Source of the DNA: Bacillota bacterium | Lineage (GTDB): Bacteria; Bacillota_I; Bacilli_A; Acholeplasmatales; Acholeplasmataceae | NCBI GenBank assembly: GCA_043819945.1 | Contig: JBDREH010000036.1 | Location: 82 to 64,081, forward strand | Reading direction: 5' to 3' | DNA length: 64,000 nucleotides | Shown: positions 1 through 9,750 of the stretch, piece by piece | Position numbering within the stretch: the first letter of the stretch is position 1 | Layout of the letters: every line of letters starts with the position of its first letter | Notes under the pieces: model-generated | The model's database searches: none | What the model saw: only the letters and a program-made list of their open reading frames with translations | Told to the model about the DNA's origin: nothing | Translations under genes and position numbers: made by a program

Positions 1-374
1 GCTGTTGAAAACAAGGAATTTTAAATTATAAAAGTTGGGCTTTCTGTGCAGTCATAAAAATTATTGTAGGATATGTAAAAAACATTATTTTAATAACATT
101 ATTATAACACCTATTATATATAATATAAAGGTAATTTTTTAACAATGAAGACTTTATAAATAAGAGTTAGGAAATTAATTTCTCAATTGTGAAAAGAGTG
201 TTGAAATCTAAGTAAAGATACTTATGTTCGATAACTTAGAAAATAGCAAAAGTCAACCATCTCAATGATTTTTAAGTATTTTTGGTATAATATAATTAGA
301 AACAGATATCATTTGAACATATAACAGTAACAGTCGATAGAAAGCAATACAATACTTTTTCCTTGGAGAGAATA

Positions 375-665
375 ATGACAGACGATCCCATTTTATTAAG
401 TCTTACAGCCTTTTTCCTAATTGTGATTCCAGTATTTAGTTTTCAAATGGGAAAAGTAAGATCAAAAAGAGTGTTTCTACTTCCTGCTCTGGCAATGTGT
501 ATATCGTTTCCGATATTCATGTTTTTGATGGTTGTACCAGATACTCCCTATAGTATTTATTTTTTCTATGCATCGATGAGTTTATGGACAGGTGGATTTT
601 TTGGTATCTTTTTCTCACTGTATTTTTATTCGAAAAGAAATAGAAGCTTTAGAAGAAAAAGATAA
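375..665 (+). CDS. Small hypothetical membrane protein
   Basis: ORF 363-665; GGAG RBS at 365-368 favours ATG 375. Hydrophobic segments and basic C-terminus. Extended -10 (TGgTATAAT) near 283-291. Confidence 0.55.
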   Translation: MTDDPILLSLTAFFLIVIPVFSFQMGKVRSKRVFLLPALAMCISFPIFMFLMVVPDTPYSIYFFYASMSLWTGGFFGIFFSLYFYSKRNRSFRRKR

Positions 666-706
666 ATAATAATCTTAAATTCCAAATTTTAGGATATTAG
701 TAAAAA

Positions 707-752
707 ACAGGGACTGTCACGAAATGAAGATTTCATTCGTTACAGTTCCTGT
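707..752. terminator. Long hairpin, probable bidirectional terminator between convergent genes
   Basis: acagggactgt-c-acgaaatgaa / ttcattcgt-t-acagttcctgt inverted repeat, flanked by A- and T-rich runs. Confidence 0.75.
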
Positions 753-754
753 CT

Positions 755-1885
755 TTATATTTTATCAGTAGCCCAGTCTCCGATAAACTCAACCAGTTGA
801 TCAAAAGTAGGACTTTCAGCATGTCTTACGTAATATCCACTGGTTGCCATTCCAGTTAATAAAGCTTCCTCAGGTTCCAAGTCAAGCATTAAGCCTAAGA
901 CGAATCCTGCATTAAAATTATCACCTGCACCAGTGGTTAGTTTCGGCTTGGAAACATAAGGTCCTAATGCTTCATAGAATTTGTTTTTAACAAATGTGCA
1001 AGAACGATCCACAGGATGGATGACGACTGCATCGATACCAATTGTTTTGTACAAAGCTTCATTCAAATCCTCAAGAGATATCTGCATTTTTTCAAGACTG
1101 GAGTTATCGAATAGTTCTAAGACATTTGCAACATCATAGGCTTCTTTCTTATTAAGCCCCAACACAACCATAAAGTGACTTGAAAATGATTTCAATAGAC
1201 CTAGTGCTTCATGTATTTCTATAGCTTCACGCTTTTCAGGATCTGCAAGATCAATAAAGAAAATAGGCTTTTTTGCTTTTTTGGGTAGCAAAGGTACAAT
1301 TTCTTTCAATATTTTGTTCCACACATCTGTCATATGCGGCAGCATTGACCAATTGACGGTAGCAAACAGATCAGCTTCACTTAAGAATTGAACAAACTCT
1401 TTTTTACCAACCTTGTCAATTAGATTTTCATAAGTTACGTTATTGAGTGATGTCATTTTGCCTAATAGGATTTTACCGTCATTAAATTCAAGGGCATCCG
1501 TATGACCACCAGTAGCAATTGAATGCAATGTGACATTGCTTGCCATGCTACGGAAAACATCATCAATAGAAGGAACACCAAGTGCACCAATGTATTGAAT
1601 AGATGCATTATGCTTAGCCATTGCGTTACACATAATGGGTCCGTTTCCACCTATTTTCTTTTGAACAGCTACCAGTTCAATATTTGTTGATAGACCACTT
1701 GCTCTTTCGATTCTTTTCGCAAGATCTTCAATCGTTTCAATTCTAGAGAATTGTTCGCTATCCATCCGTTTATCGACAACATGAATGATTTCATCGATAA
1801 ATCCGTCAAAACCAATTACCATCTTTAGGTTTCCAGGATTTTTTGTTTTCAGTTTTTGTGCTAATGCTAACTTTGTTTGTTCCAT
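755..1885 (-). CDS. PfkB/ribokinase-family carbohydrate kinase-like protein
   Basis: C-terminal PfkB signature TTGAGDNFNAGF; N-terminal GGNG; GAGAGG RBS. Confidence 0.8.
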   Translation of the reverse strand: MEQTKLALAQKLKTKNPGNLKMVIGFDGFIDEIIHVVDKRMDSEQFSRIETIEDLAKRIERASGLSTNIELVAVQKKIGGNGPIMCNAMAKHNASIQYIGALGVPSIDDVFRSMASNVTLHSIATGGHTDALEFNDGKILLGKMTSLNNVTYENLIDKVGKKEFVQFLSEADLFATVNWSMLPHMTDVWNKILKEIVPLLPKKAKKPIFFIDLADPEKREAIEIHEALGLLKSFSSHFMVVLGLNKKEAYDVANVLELFDNSSLEKMQISLEDLNEALYKTIGIDAVVIHPVDRSCTFVKNKFYEALGPYVSKPKLTTGAGDNFNAGFVLGLMLDLEPEEALLTGMATSGYYVRHAESPTFDQLVEFIGDWATDKI

Positions 1886-2107
1886 TTGCGCTACCTCTCA
1901 CATGTTTCTTTTCACTACAAATAGTATAACAAAAAATCTTCATTATTGCATTTTATAATGCTAATTATTAAGTCTAGATGGCATCTATAAGTAACCATGC
2001 CATCCTTTTGGAAGTAAAGATCTGAAAATAGCTTAAATTTTCGATATATTTTAAGCATCTTTTCATCATACAACAATAAATATGGTATAATTCTTAGGTT
2101 GGTGAAA

Positions 2108-3514
2108 ATGATGAACAAAGATGAAAAAAAGCGTAACTTAATACTAAAAGACCCCAATATATATAAAGGATTGTTAATATTAGCAATTCCTTTGATGCTG
2201 AATAACTTCATTAAAACGATTCATGATGTCATCGATATGTACTTTGTAAGTGAAATTCAAGGCTTTGGCACAGACGCTATTAACTCAATTTCATTGACGT
2301 TCCCTGTCCTTTTTGCTTTTATTGCACTTGGTATTGGTTTAAGTGCAGCAGGAACGGCACTCATTAGTCAACAAGTTGGTTCTGGACAGATTGAAGAAGC
2401 AAGAAAATATGCAACGCATCTTGTCGTAATTGCACTTATCGCTGGTATAATTCTCAATGTTTTTTCTTATTTTTCAGCACCTTGGATTATGGACTTAATG
2501 GGTACGACAGGTTTTGTTTTTGAAAACAGTGTCAAATATTTGCAAATTCGTTCATTTGAATTACCTGTTGTATTCCTGTTTTTTGCCTTTACGGCAATTA
2601 GACAATCAAGTGGAGATACAGTAACACCTGTCATATATGGAGTGATAACCGTTATTGTAAATATCATATTTACACCACTTTTGGTTTCTTATTTTAACTT
2701 AGGAGTACCTGGTGCAGCTTATGCAACTCTGATTGCAAATATTGTTATCATTCCTTTTGGCTTGTTACAACTCTTTAGAGCCAAAACAGGCATTACAATT
2801 TCAAGAAAATATTTGGCACTAGAAAGTGAAATCACCAGAAAAATTGTAAAGACAGCAATTCCTGCATCCTTTGGTCAAGCATTTACAGCAATAGGATTCG
2901 GGATCATGAATGGCATCATCGTATCTTATGGCATACAAACTGTAGCTGCATTTAGTGTGGGTAACAGATTGAGTAGTTTGATTTTACATCCAGTTATGGC
3001 AATTGGCGGTGTGCTTGCAGCATACATGGGACAAAATATCGGAAACCAGAATATACCTAGAGCTAGGGAAACATTCAGAAAGGCAATGATACTTTCTATA
3101 GGCATCATGATCATTGGTAGTGCGATTGTGATGAATTTTAGAGAATTCTTTGCTAGCTTCTTTATAAAAGAAGATCCTGTAGCGCTAGCACTGACAAATG
3201 AATACATGTTTTATTTACTGATTGGACTTCCATTAATGGCTATATTTCAAACATTTATAGGTACATTTAATGGAACAGGAAACACAAAATATACATTTAT
3301 TATTAGCACGACAAGATTATGGTTACTTCGTATTCCAATCGTCTTTTTGTTTAAGTACTTCACGGATCTTGGAAGTAGTGGAATATGGTATGCAATGTTA
3401 CTCAGTAATATTTTGATTGCATTTCTGGGTATTTATCTTTATAAAAGAATTGATTTCAAACCTAAAATTATGATTGGTAAGGAAAAGAAACCATCATTGA
3501 GGGTTGCTGACTAA
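2108..3514 (+). CDS. MATE family efflux transporter
   Basis: About 12 TM segments in two repeats; LAIPLMLNN...D..FV and AAYATLIAN MATE-type motifs; extended -10 at 2083-2091. Confidence 0.9.
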   Translation: MMNKDEKKRNLILKDPNIYKGLLILAIPLMLNNFIKTIHDVIDMYFVSEIQGFGTDAINSISLTFPVLFAFIALGIGLSAAGTALISQQVGSGQIEEARKYATHLVVIALIAGIILNVFSYFSAPWIMDLMGTTGFVFENSVKYLQIRSFELPVVFLFFAFTAIRQSSGDTVTPVIYGVITVIVNIIFTPLLVSYFNLGVPGAAYATLIANIVIIPFGLLQLFRAKTGITISRKYLALESEITRKIVKTAIPASFGQAFTAIGFGIMNGIIVSYGIQTVAAFSVGNRLSSLILHPVMAIGGVLAAYMGQNIGNQNIPRARETFRKAMILSIGIMIIGSAIVMNFREFFASFFIKEDPVALALTNEYMFYLLIGLPLMAIFQTFIGTFNGTGNTKYTFIISTTRLWLLRIPIVFLFKYFTDLGSSGIWYAMLLSNILIAFLGIYLYKRIDFKPKIMIGKEKKPSLRVAD

Positions 3515-3558
3515 AAGTTTATTTTTTGCTAAATCTCATTTCATTAGTTTAGCGTATA

Positions 3559-3675
3559 TGGTAACATTAATCATCAAAATAGATTTGATCATCCATAAGA
3601 CAGCAAACATATCATCTAAAATTGTATTGCCTGCATTTTCAGATTGAAAAATCCAGATGGTATGGAATTATGAGG
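3559..3675 (+). promoter_or_regulatory. Extended -10 promoter and structured 5' leader of DEAD-box helicase
   Basis: TGgTAACAT at 3559-3567. Stems: atcaaa/tttgat (3573-3589), catatcatct/agatggtatg (3608-3617 with 3655-3664), ttttca/tgaaaa (3636-3650). Confidence 0.55.
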
Positions 3676-3705
3676 CAAAAATATAAAAGAAAACGGAGAA
3701 ACAAA

Positions 3706-5043
3706 TTGACATTCAAATCATTACAAATTATTGAACCAATCCTTAAGGCACTCGCAAGTGAAGGCTATATTGAACCCTCACCTATTCAAGAGCAAGCAAT
3801 TCCTGTTTTATTACAGGGTAACGATATATTAGGAAGTGCACAAACTGGAACAGGTAAGACAGCAGCTTTTGCTATTCCCATCATTCAGGCACTACACGAA
3901 TCGCAAAAGAAACATGAAGCAAGATATATCAAAGCGTTGGTGCTCGCACCAACAAGAGAACTCGCATCTCAGATTAAAGACAGCTTTGTGACCTATGGTA
4001 AGCATTTAGGATTAAAAACAGCAGTTATTTTTGGAGGAGTAGGACAAAAACCTCAAACTGATGCACTCGCAAGAGGCATTGATATATTAGTTGCAACACC
4101 AGGTAGACTACTTGACTTAGTAAATCAAGGATTTATTGATTTTACCAGACTTAAGTACTTTGTCTTAGATGAAGCTGATCGCATGCTAGATATGGGATTC
4201 ATTAAAGATGTTGATCGTATCATCAAGCTGATTCCAAAAGAAAGACAAACCATGCTATTTTCAGCTACAATGCCTAAGGAAATTATCGGTCTAGCAAGCA
4301 AAATATTGAATAATCCAGTCAGAATTGCAGTTCAACCTGTTGAATCTACTCTAGAGGTGATTGAACAATCAGTTTATAAAGTAGCAAAAAAGGATAAGGT
4401 TAGCCTTCTCGTTCATCTTCTTAAGCAAAACACGATTGATTCAGCATTGGTTTTTACAAGAACCAAACAATGGGCTAATAAAGTTACAAAAGCTTTGGTT
4501 GCTGTCGGCATTAACGCTGAAGCCATTCATGGAAATAAATCACAATCTGCTAGAGAAAAAGCTCTTATGAACTTTAAGACTAAACAAATAACTGTTTTAG
4601 TAGCAACTGATATTGCTGCACGTGGAATTGATATTGATGAATTATCACATGTCATCAACTATGATTTACCTGAAGTACCCGAAACCTATATTCACCGTAT
4701 TGGTAGAACAGGGAGAGCGGGATTTTCAGGCATTGCCATCAGTTTTTGCAGTCCAGAAGAATTAGGACTCCTCAAAGACATTGAAAAACACATTCACCTA
4801 GATTTACACGTAAAAAGAGACGTCAAGTTTGCAGATGTTGAAATTAAGCAAACTACACATGCTCCTAATGCTCAATTCAAATCAAATTCGAAGAATAAAA
4901 ATGCTTATCGTTCTCAATCTTTTAACAACAATCAAGCTTCTAGTACTACCGCAGAACCCAAACATCAGGATCCTTATCATGCAAAAAAGAAAAAGTATTG
5001 GGATAAACAACTTAAAGAAAAGTATAAATCAAAGAATAAATAA
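3706..5043 (+). CDS. DEAD-box ATP-dependent RNA helicase (RhlE-like)
   Basis: AQTGTGKT, LAPTRELA, DEAD, SAT and HRIGRTGRAG motifs. GGAGA RBS supports TTG start at 3706 rather than 3622. Confidence 0.95.
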   Translation: MTFKSLQIIEPILKALASEGYIEPSPIQEQAIPVLLQGNDILGSAQTGTGKTAAFAIPIIQALHESQKKHEARYIKALVLAPTRELASQIKDSFVTYGKHLGLKTAVIFGGVGQKPQTDALARGIDILVATPGRLLDLVNQGFIDFTRLKYFVLDEADRMLDMGFIKDVDRIIKLIPKERQTMLFSATMPKEIIGLASKILNNPVRIAVQPVESTLEVIEQSVYKVAKKDKVSLLVHLLKQNTIDSALVFTRTKQWANKVTKALVAVGINAEAIHGNKSQSAREKALMNFKTKQITVLVATDIAARGIDIDELSHVINYDLPEVPETYIHRIGRTGRAGFSGIAISFCSPEELGLLKDIEKHIHLDLHVKRDVKFADVEIKQTTHAPNAQFKSNSKNKNAYRSQSFNNNQASSTTAEPKHQDPYHAKKKKYWDKQLKEKYKSKNK

Positions 5044-5063
5044 AAGCACTCGTGCTTTTTTTT
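5042..5063 (+). terminator. Intrinsic terminator
   Basis: aaaagca-ctcg-tgctttt followed by T run, directly after helicase stop. Confidence 0.75.
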
Positions 5064-5120
5064 ATTTTGCACAAAAATAAAAAATGTTATATAAGATAGA
5101 GAATTAACGAAAATGCGAAT

Positions 5121-5164
5121 AAAAGCATGAAAAATCTCATCAACTCTTGAGTTTTCATGCTTTT
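5121..5164. terminator. Inverted repeat, terminator-like
   Basis: aaaagcatgaaaa...ttttcatgctttt 13-bp arms with inner ctca/tgag. Confidence 0.55.
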
Positions 5165-5238
5165 TATCGCATAATTAAACTAATAAACAAAATGTATGTT
5201 GACCATATTTGAATTCATTTGCGATTGGAGGTCATCTC

Positions 5239-6567
5239 GTGCGTACGAAAACTAAATTTAAAAAACAGTTTCAAAAGAAATCACGTCTAGAAATCTTAAA
5301 ATCATGGATGACGTCTTTTGTGATTACTGCAAGTGCTGTCATTGTTGCTGTTATCGCTATACCTACTAGCCCTAAAGCAGAAATAACTCAAATTCAAGTA
5401 TTTAGAAATCAAATTGTCTATCAGGTTGAGATTACTGATGCTGATAATGCAATACAACCTAATAGTCTCGAAATTGTTTTAGAAAATCAATTTGAGCATT
5501 ATTCAGTTCCCTTGGTTCTTGGTGTTAATGTTGGAGAATTCTCCGAACTCAATGATGGTACGATATATCAAATGCACGTAATGGGTGATAAGGGTTTTGG
5601 AAAAGAGAAATTAGCTTCTAAAAGCATAGTCACTGAACCTAACAGTGGAGGAGCAATTCTAAAGTATACTCAACTGGATGCCGTTGATCTCTATGACCTT
5701 AGCTATGAACTGGAGCTTATTGTCTATGATGAACTCAACGAGTATACTGATGTGCAACTGTTTTATGGAATCATTGGCATGGATGAAACTGAACCTTATG
5801 AATATTATAATTTTTCAGTTCCAGATGGGCGCTCTTCGCTGCTTTTAGAGAATATATATCAAATGAACGCAAATATTTATGTTTATTTAGAGGCTACGCT
5901 TGCCAATAGTGAAACCATCCTCTTGGATGAACTATATTTCCATACACCTTTAATGTTTGAAGCTTACTATTATTTAGAACAGGTTACAGATCATTCAATA
6001 ACCATATTAGTGTATCCAGATTTCTCCTTTTTAAAAGACACTATCTATGAGTATAAGCTCAAAAAAGATGGCATAACGGTTGATACGCAATATGTAACCA
6101 ATCAAGAGGAACCGGATTTTTCAATGTATGATGGTAGAAAGGTTACATTTGAAGGATTAAAGAGAAATACAAAATACGTGCTCGAGATTAAAGCCACCTA
6201 TACCAATCCCTTGACATTAGCAACTGAATCAAAGACATTTGAATCTCTTGAGATTAGAACGTTGAGTGCCTTCACTTACGAATATAGTTTTATTGAATAT
6301 GATACTTATTATGAAGTTACTATAACTGTGATCGACCCCAGTCACAACTACCAACTTGCATATTATTACATATATGAAATTCAAGATGAATTTGATATGT
6401 ATGTTACTGGGGGACAATACGGATTCACACCTATGGATGATTACAAAACAGTAACATTTATCATCAATAAGGTAGGTAATATTCCTCTAAGAATAGATAT
6501 TGGTTTAAGAAATGAAACGAATAGTTATTGTTATATATTAATTGATCAAAAATCGATTCTAGAATAA
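5239..6567 (+). CDS. Membrane-anchored surface protein, beta-rich (possible fibronectin type III-like modules)
   Basis: GGAGG RBS then GTG 5239. Basic N-tail, one TM helix, Tyr/beta-rich body with GLKRNTKYVLEIKATY resembling an FN3 strand motif. Confidence 0.6.
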   Translation: MRTKTKFKKQFQKKSRLEILKSWMTSFVITASAVIVAVIAIPTSPKAEITQIQVFRNQIVYQVEITDADNAIQPNSLEIVLENQFEHYSVPLVLGVNVGEFSELNDGTIYQMHVMGDKGFGKEKLASKSIVTEPNSGGAILKYTQLDAVDLYDLSYELELIVYDELNEYTDVQLFYGIIGMDETEPYEYYNFSVPDGRSSLLLENIYQMNANIYVYLEATLANSETILLDELYFHTPLMFEAYYYLEQVTDHSITILVYPDFSFLKDTIYEYKLKKDGITVDTQYVTNQEEPDFSMYDGRKVTFEGLKRNTKYVLEIKATYTNPLTLATESKTFESLEIRTLSAFTYEYSFIEYDTYYEVTITVIDPSHNYQLAYYYIYEIQDEFDMYVTGGQYGFTPMDDYKTVTFIINKVGNIPLRIDIGLRNETNSYCYILIDQKSILE

Positions 6568-6577
6568 GGAGAAGAAC

Positions 6578-7525
6578 ATGAAATTCAAAGAGAAGTCAAA
6601 GAAAGAAAAGTTTCAAATCATTATCGTAGCTAGTATCACTATCATTTTTCTGTTTCTTGGTATGTTTGCAGGTTTATTGTTTCCTGGAACAACTTTTGCA
6701 CAAGTCATAAACAATAGTATTGGGAAGTTCTTCAATTTGATTGATTTCTTTTCCAATAATTATGTTATTGTTTTAGAAAGTGTAACAATTGTCATCTTTG
6801 TATGGATTATTAACAAAATCTTACAGTTTCTTGTTCCGCTCTTAACTAAAAAGGGTCAACGAAGCGAAACGATAGGGAAACTGATGAGCAGTTTCATCAA
6901 ATACTTAATCGTTGTTGTTGCCATTTTCCTCATATTGAGTGCTTGGGGAGTACAAACACCCACACTTTTGGCTGGTGCAGGTATTTTAGGTTTGGCCATC
7001 AGCTTTGGTGCTCAAAGCTTGATTGAAGATATCTTTTGTGGGCTATTCATTATTTTCGAAAAACAATTTTCCGTTGGAGATGTTATTCAGATCAATGATA
7101 TGAGAGGCACGGTTACTGAAATCGGTCTTAGAATCACGAAAGTTGAAGACAAAAATGGTGATGTCTTGATTATCAATAACTCTGACATTAGAGGTGCTAT
7201 CAATACATCGAGTGCATTGTCTGTTTCAATTTGCTTACTTTCCATTAGTTATAGTGAAGATTTGGAAAAGGTAGAAAAACTCATCGAAGATCATTTAACT
7301 GAGGTTGGAGAGAAGATCTCAATGATTAAGCAAGGTCCTTATTATACAGGTGTGGAACAGCTTGGTGATTCATCTGTTGTCTTAAGAGTGCTTGCGAGAT
7401 GTAATGAGCTAGATAAATATAAAGTAGCAAGATCAATGAATCGCGAGTTCAAACTTTTATTTGATAAGAACCATATTGAAATTCCATTCCCTCAACTTGA
7501 TATTCATCAAAAAGAAAGAGAATAA
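6578..7525 (+). CDS. Small-conductance mechanosensitive channel (MscS family)
   Basis: LLAGAGILGLAISFGAQSLIED, FSVGDVIQI, GTVTEIGLRIT motifs. Confidence 0.9.
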   Translation: MKFKEKSKKEKFQIIIVASITIIFLFLGMFAGLLFPGTTFAQVINNSIGKFFNLIDFFSNNYVIVLESVTIVIFVWIINKILQFLVPLLTKKGQRSETIGKLMSSFIKYLIVVVAIFLILSAWGVQTPTLLAGAGILGLAISFGAQSLIEDIFCGLFIIFEKQFSVGDVIQINDMRGTVTEIGLRITKVEDKNGDVLIINNSDIRGAINTSSALSVSICLLSISYSEDLEKVEKLIEDHLTEVGEKISMIKQGPYYTGVEQLGDSSVVLRVLARCNELDKYKVARSMNREFKLLFDKNHIEIPFPQLDIHQKERE

Positions 7526-7530
7526 GATGA

Positions 7531-7565
7531 AAAAAATGCCTATCCTCGATGGAATAGGCATTTTT
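7531..7565. terminator. Bidirectional terminator
   Basis: aaaaaatgcctat...ataggcattttt between convergent genes. Confidence 0.8.
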
Positions 7566-7567
7566 AT

Positions 7568-8206
7568 TTATGCTAAGTAACTTGTGAGTATTGAATTAAC
7601 ATCAATAAGTGTTGCTTGGACAAACAACATATGATCATATCTCATTTCAAGAATATCAAGGATAGCTTCGAAGTTTTGAATAATCACATCCAAGTGATCA
7701 AGATCATAAAGTCCCTTAAGCTCCATTAACATCTCTTTAATATCTCCAACCGTTTCCATAACTTCTAAACGTCTAATACTAAATTCTGTTTTGTAAGTCA
7801 ATAGAATTGTTTGATCATCTTCAGTCAATGTAAGTTCTGCATCCCTAAAGGCTTGAACACATAATTTTAAAGCTGACCAACTATCTTTGTTCTCATATCT
7901 GATTAATATATTTTGAGCGTGAGCAATTTGAATATCTTCAAACAATGATCTGATATATGCAATCTTTTCCAAATTGGTCATATCGTCGGTACCCAATGTC
8001 ATACTGAGCTGCTGAATATTTTCAAAGCTTAACTGATCTAACGTTTGATTGTTCACATCTGTTTCTTCAATGGCTTCATAACTGGCCATTAAGCTAATTT
8101 CATCTGATGCCGCACGTTCGAATACGGATAAAGCATCCTGTGCTTGACATCCCACTAAACTGATCACTAACATTGCTATTGTAAATATTGATAGTACTTT
8201 TTTCAT
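7568..8206 (-). CDS. Lipoprotein, unknown function
   Basis: MKK-hydrophobic-LVGC lipobox; GGAGG RBS; helical mature part. Confidence 0.75.
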   Translation of the reverse strand: MKKVLSIFTIAMLVISLVGCQAQDALSVFERAASDEISLMASYEAIEETDVNNQTLDQLSFENIQQLSMTLGTDDMTNLEKIAYIRSLFEDIQIAHAQNILIRYENKDSWSALKLCVQAFRDAELTLTEDDQTILLTYKTEFSIRRLEVMETVGDIKEMLMELKGLYDLDHLDVIIQNFEAILDILEMRYDHMLFVQATLIDVNSILTSYLA

Positions 8207-8516
8207 TTCATTACCTCCATGGTATTTTTTTATTACGCCTTCACTATAACAAATTAACTTTTTGGAAACAATGAATAGTCAAGTAAGTTACGAATTAGAT
8301 AGGATATGTTGCAAAAAAAGGAACCCTAGAAAGATTCCAGACCTAAAGTATTTATTTGTTTTTGAATCGTTTGAATAATATTGCATTATTGACAAGATAC
8401 TTATTTTTGAGGTAATATAGAATTGATTTATCAAATGTATTGATATGGAATATGTTCTAAAAATGTATTTGATTTCCAGACTTCTTCATCAAATTGTTTT
8501 TAAGGGGAGATACTAA

Positions 8517-9278
8517 ATGGAATGGTTAGTTAATATTGCATTAGGCATATCAGGAATAGTTATTATTTTAGCTCTATATGCATTCATACGAAATATCATT
8601 AGACAACTTAGAGAACCACGGGTCATTGAAAAGGCTGAAGTAGCAAGAACAAATAGAGAAATAACATTTATTAGCTCAAGTGGAACTTCAACAATTGCTT
8701 CTAGTAACGGTTATGGAAAATCTACATATTTTGTTACATTTAAGATTGAAAGTGGGAAATTAGTCACTTTTAAAGTTAAAAAACAGTTTTTCTTAAGTAT
8801 ATCAGACCATCAAACAGGTATACTCACATATAAAGGATATAAATTGCTTAACTTTGACTATGAAGGATATCCGATTAACTCAATTCAATGGAAATCATTA
8901 AATATATCACCTTTTTTTGGTAGTAAGAAGCATAATGCACCTGTAGTACGTTTTTATGGTGAAGCAAAAGAACTTGATGTAAATTATCATTCGGATCAAG
9001 CAATTGATTGTGACCAAACAGAACTCAATCGTTTCATTGATCAATTAATTAATCAGGAATCTGACAATTTCTTCTGCTTACAAAACGAGAAAAACCAAAT
9101 TCTTGAAGTATCCAACAGTGGTAAGAATGAAGAATTTGAATTGGTCTATATGCATCCTACATCACAAGATCGCTTCTTGGGTAAAGTGACTGGAGCTGAA
9201 GCACTCAAATCAGTCATCGATGCCTATTTTAATGAGTTAGATGTAATCAAAGAATTCAATCTTTCTATTGAATCGTGA
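8517..9278 (+). CDS. DUF2500-like domain protein with extra C-terminal domain
   Basis: N-terminal TM then YFVTFKIESG...FKV...GILTYKG pattern typical of DUF2500; GGGGAG RBS; TTGACA-18-TAATAT at 8389-8418. Confidence 0.6.
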   Translation: MEWLVNIALGISGIVIILALYAFIRNIIRQLREPRVIEKAEVARTNREITFISSSGTSTIASSNGYGKSTYFVTFKIESGKLVTFKVKKQFFLSISDHQTGILTYKGYKLLNFDYEGYPINSIQWKSLNISPFFGSKKHNAPVVRFYGEAKELDVNYHSDQAIDCDQTELNRFIDQLINQESDNFFCLQNEKNQILEVSNSGKNEEFELVYMHPTSQDRFLGKVTGAEALKSVIDAYFNELDVIKEFNLSIES

Positions 9279-9363
9279 AAATACATCAAGTCTATAGATA
9301 GTTTGAACACTACATAAGGGCATAGCCCTTATTTTTTTACAATAAAAAATTAATATTAAATTA

Positions 9364-9393
9364 TTGACAATAGTGTATGACATACAGTATAAT
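9364..9393 (+). promoter_or_regulatory. Consensus sigma-70 promoter with palindromic operator in the spacer
   Basis: TTGACA (9364-9369), 18 nt, TATAAT (9388-9393). Perfect TGTATG-A-CATACA palindrome at 9374-9386. Confidence 0.8.
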
Positions 9394-9411
9394 ATTGTTG
9401 AGGTGATATTT

Positions 9412-9750
9412 ATGAGTGATGCATCATTATTTGCCAATCTTGTTGTTGAATTGCGTAGAGGAACACAAATTATTGCTGTGCTCAGTCAGCTTCAAGAAAA
9501 TCAATATGGATATTCATTGCTTCAAAGACTTAATGAAAAGAAAATAAACATAGAAGCTGGAACACTATATCCTTTGATGAGAAGACTTGAATCTCAAGGT
9601 GTACTTGTGAGTGAATGGGATACAAGTGAATCAAGACCTAGAAAGTATTATGTGTTAAGTGAGATGGGTCAAGATATATTAATAGAGCTGAAAAAAGAAT
9701 GGTATAGATTATCCAAAGAAATGGATGAATTATTTAAGGAGGAAAAATGA
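9412..9750 (+). CDS. PadR family transcriptional regulator
   Basis: YGYSLLQ...IEAGTLYPLMRRLE...RPRKYYVLSEMG; AGGTGA RBS gives ATG 9412. Confidence 0.92.
   Translation: MSDASLFANLVVELRRGTQIIAVLSQLQENQYGYSLLQRLNEKKINIEAGTLYPLMRRLESQGVLVSEWDTSESRPRKYYVLSEMGQDILIELKKEWYRLSKEMDELFKEEK

Noticed and set aside
1-362. RNA gene or repeat in the AT-rich start of the window
   Set aside because: No stable structure, tRNA/rRNA similarity or periodicity seen.
7568-8206. Third member of the lipoprotein/anti-sigma paralog family
   Set aside because: Only a short N-terminal resemblance (AASDE vs FASDE); the rest is helical and does not align.
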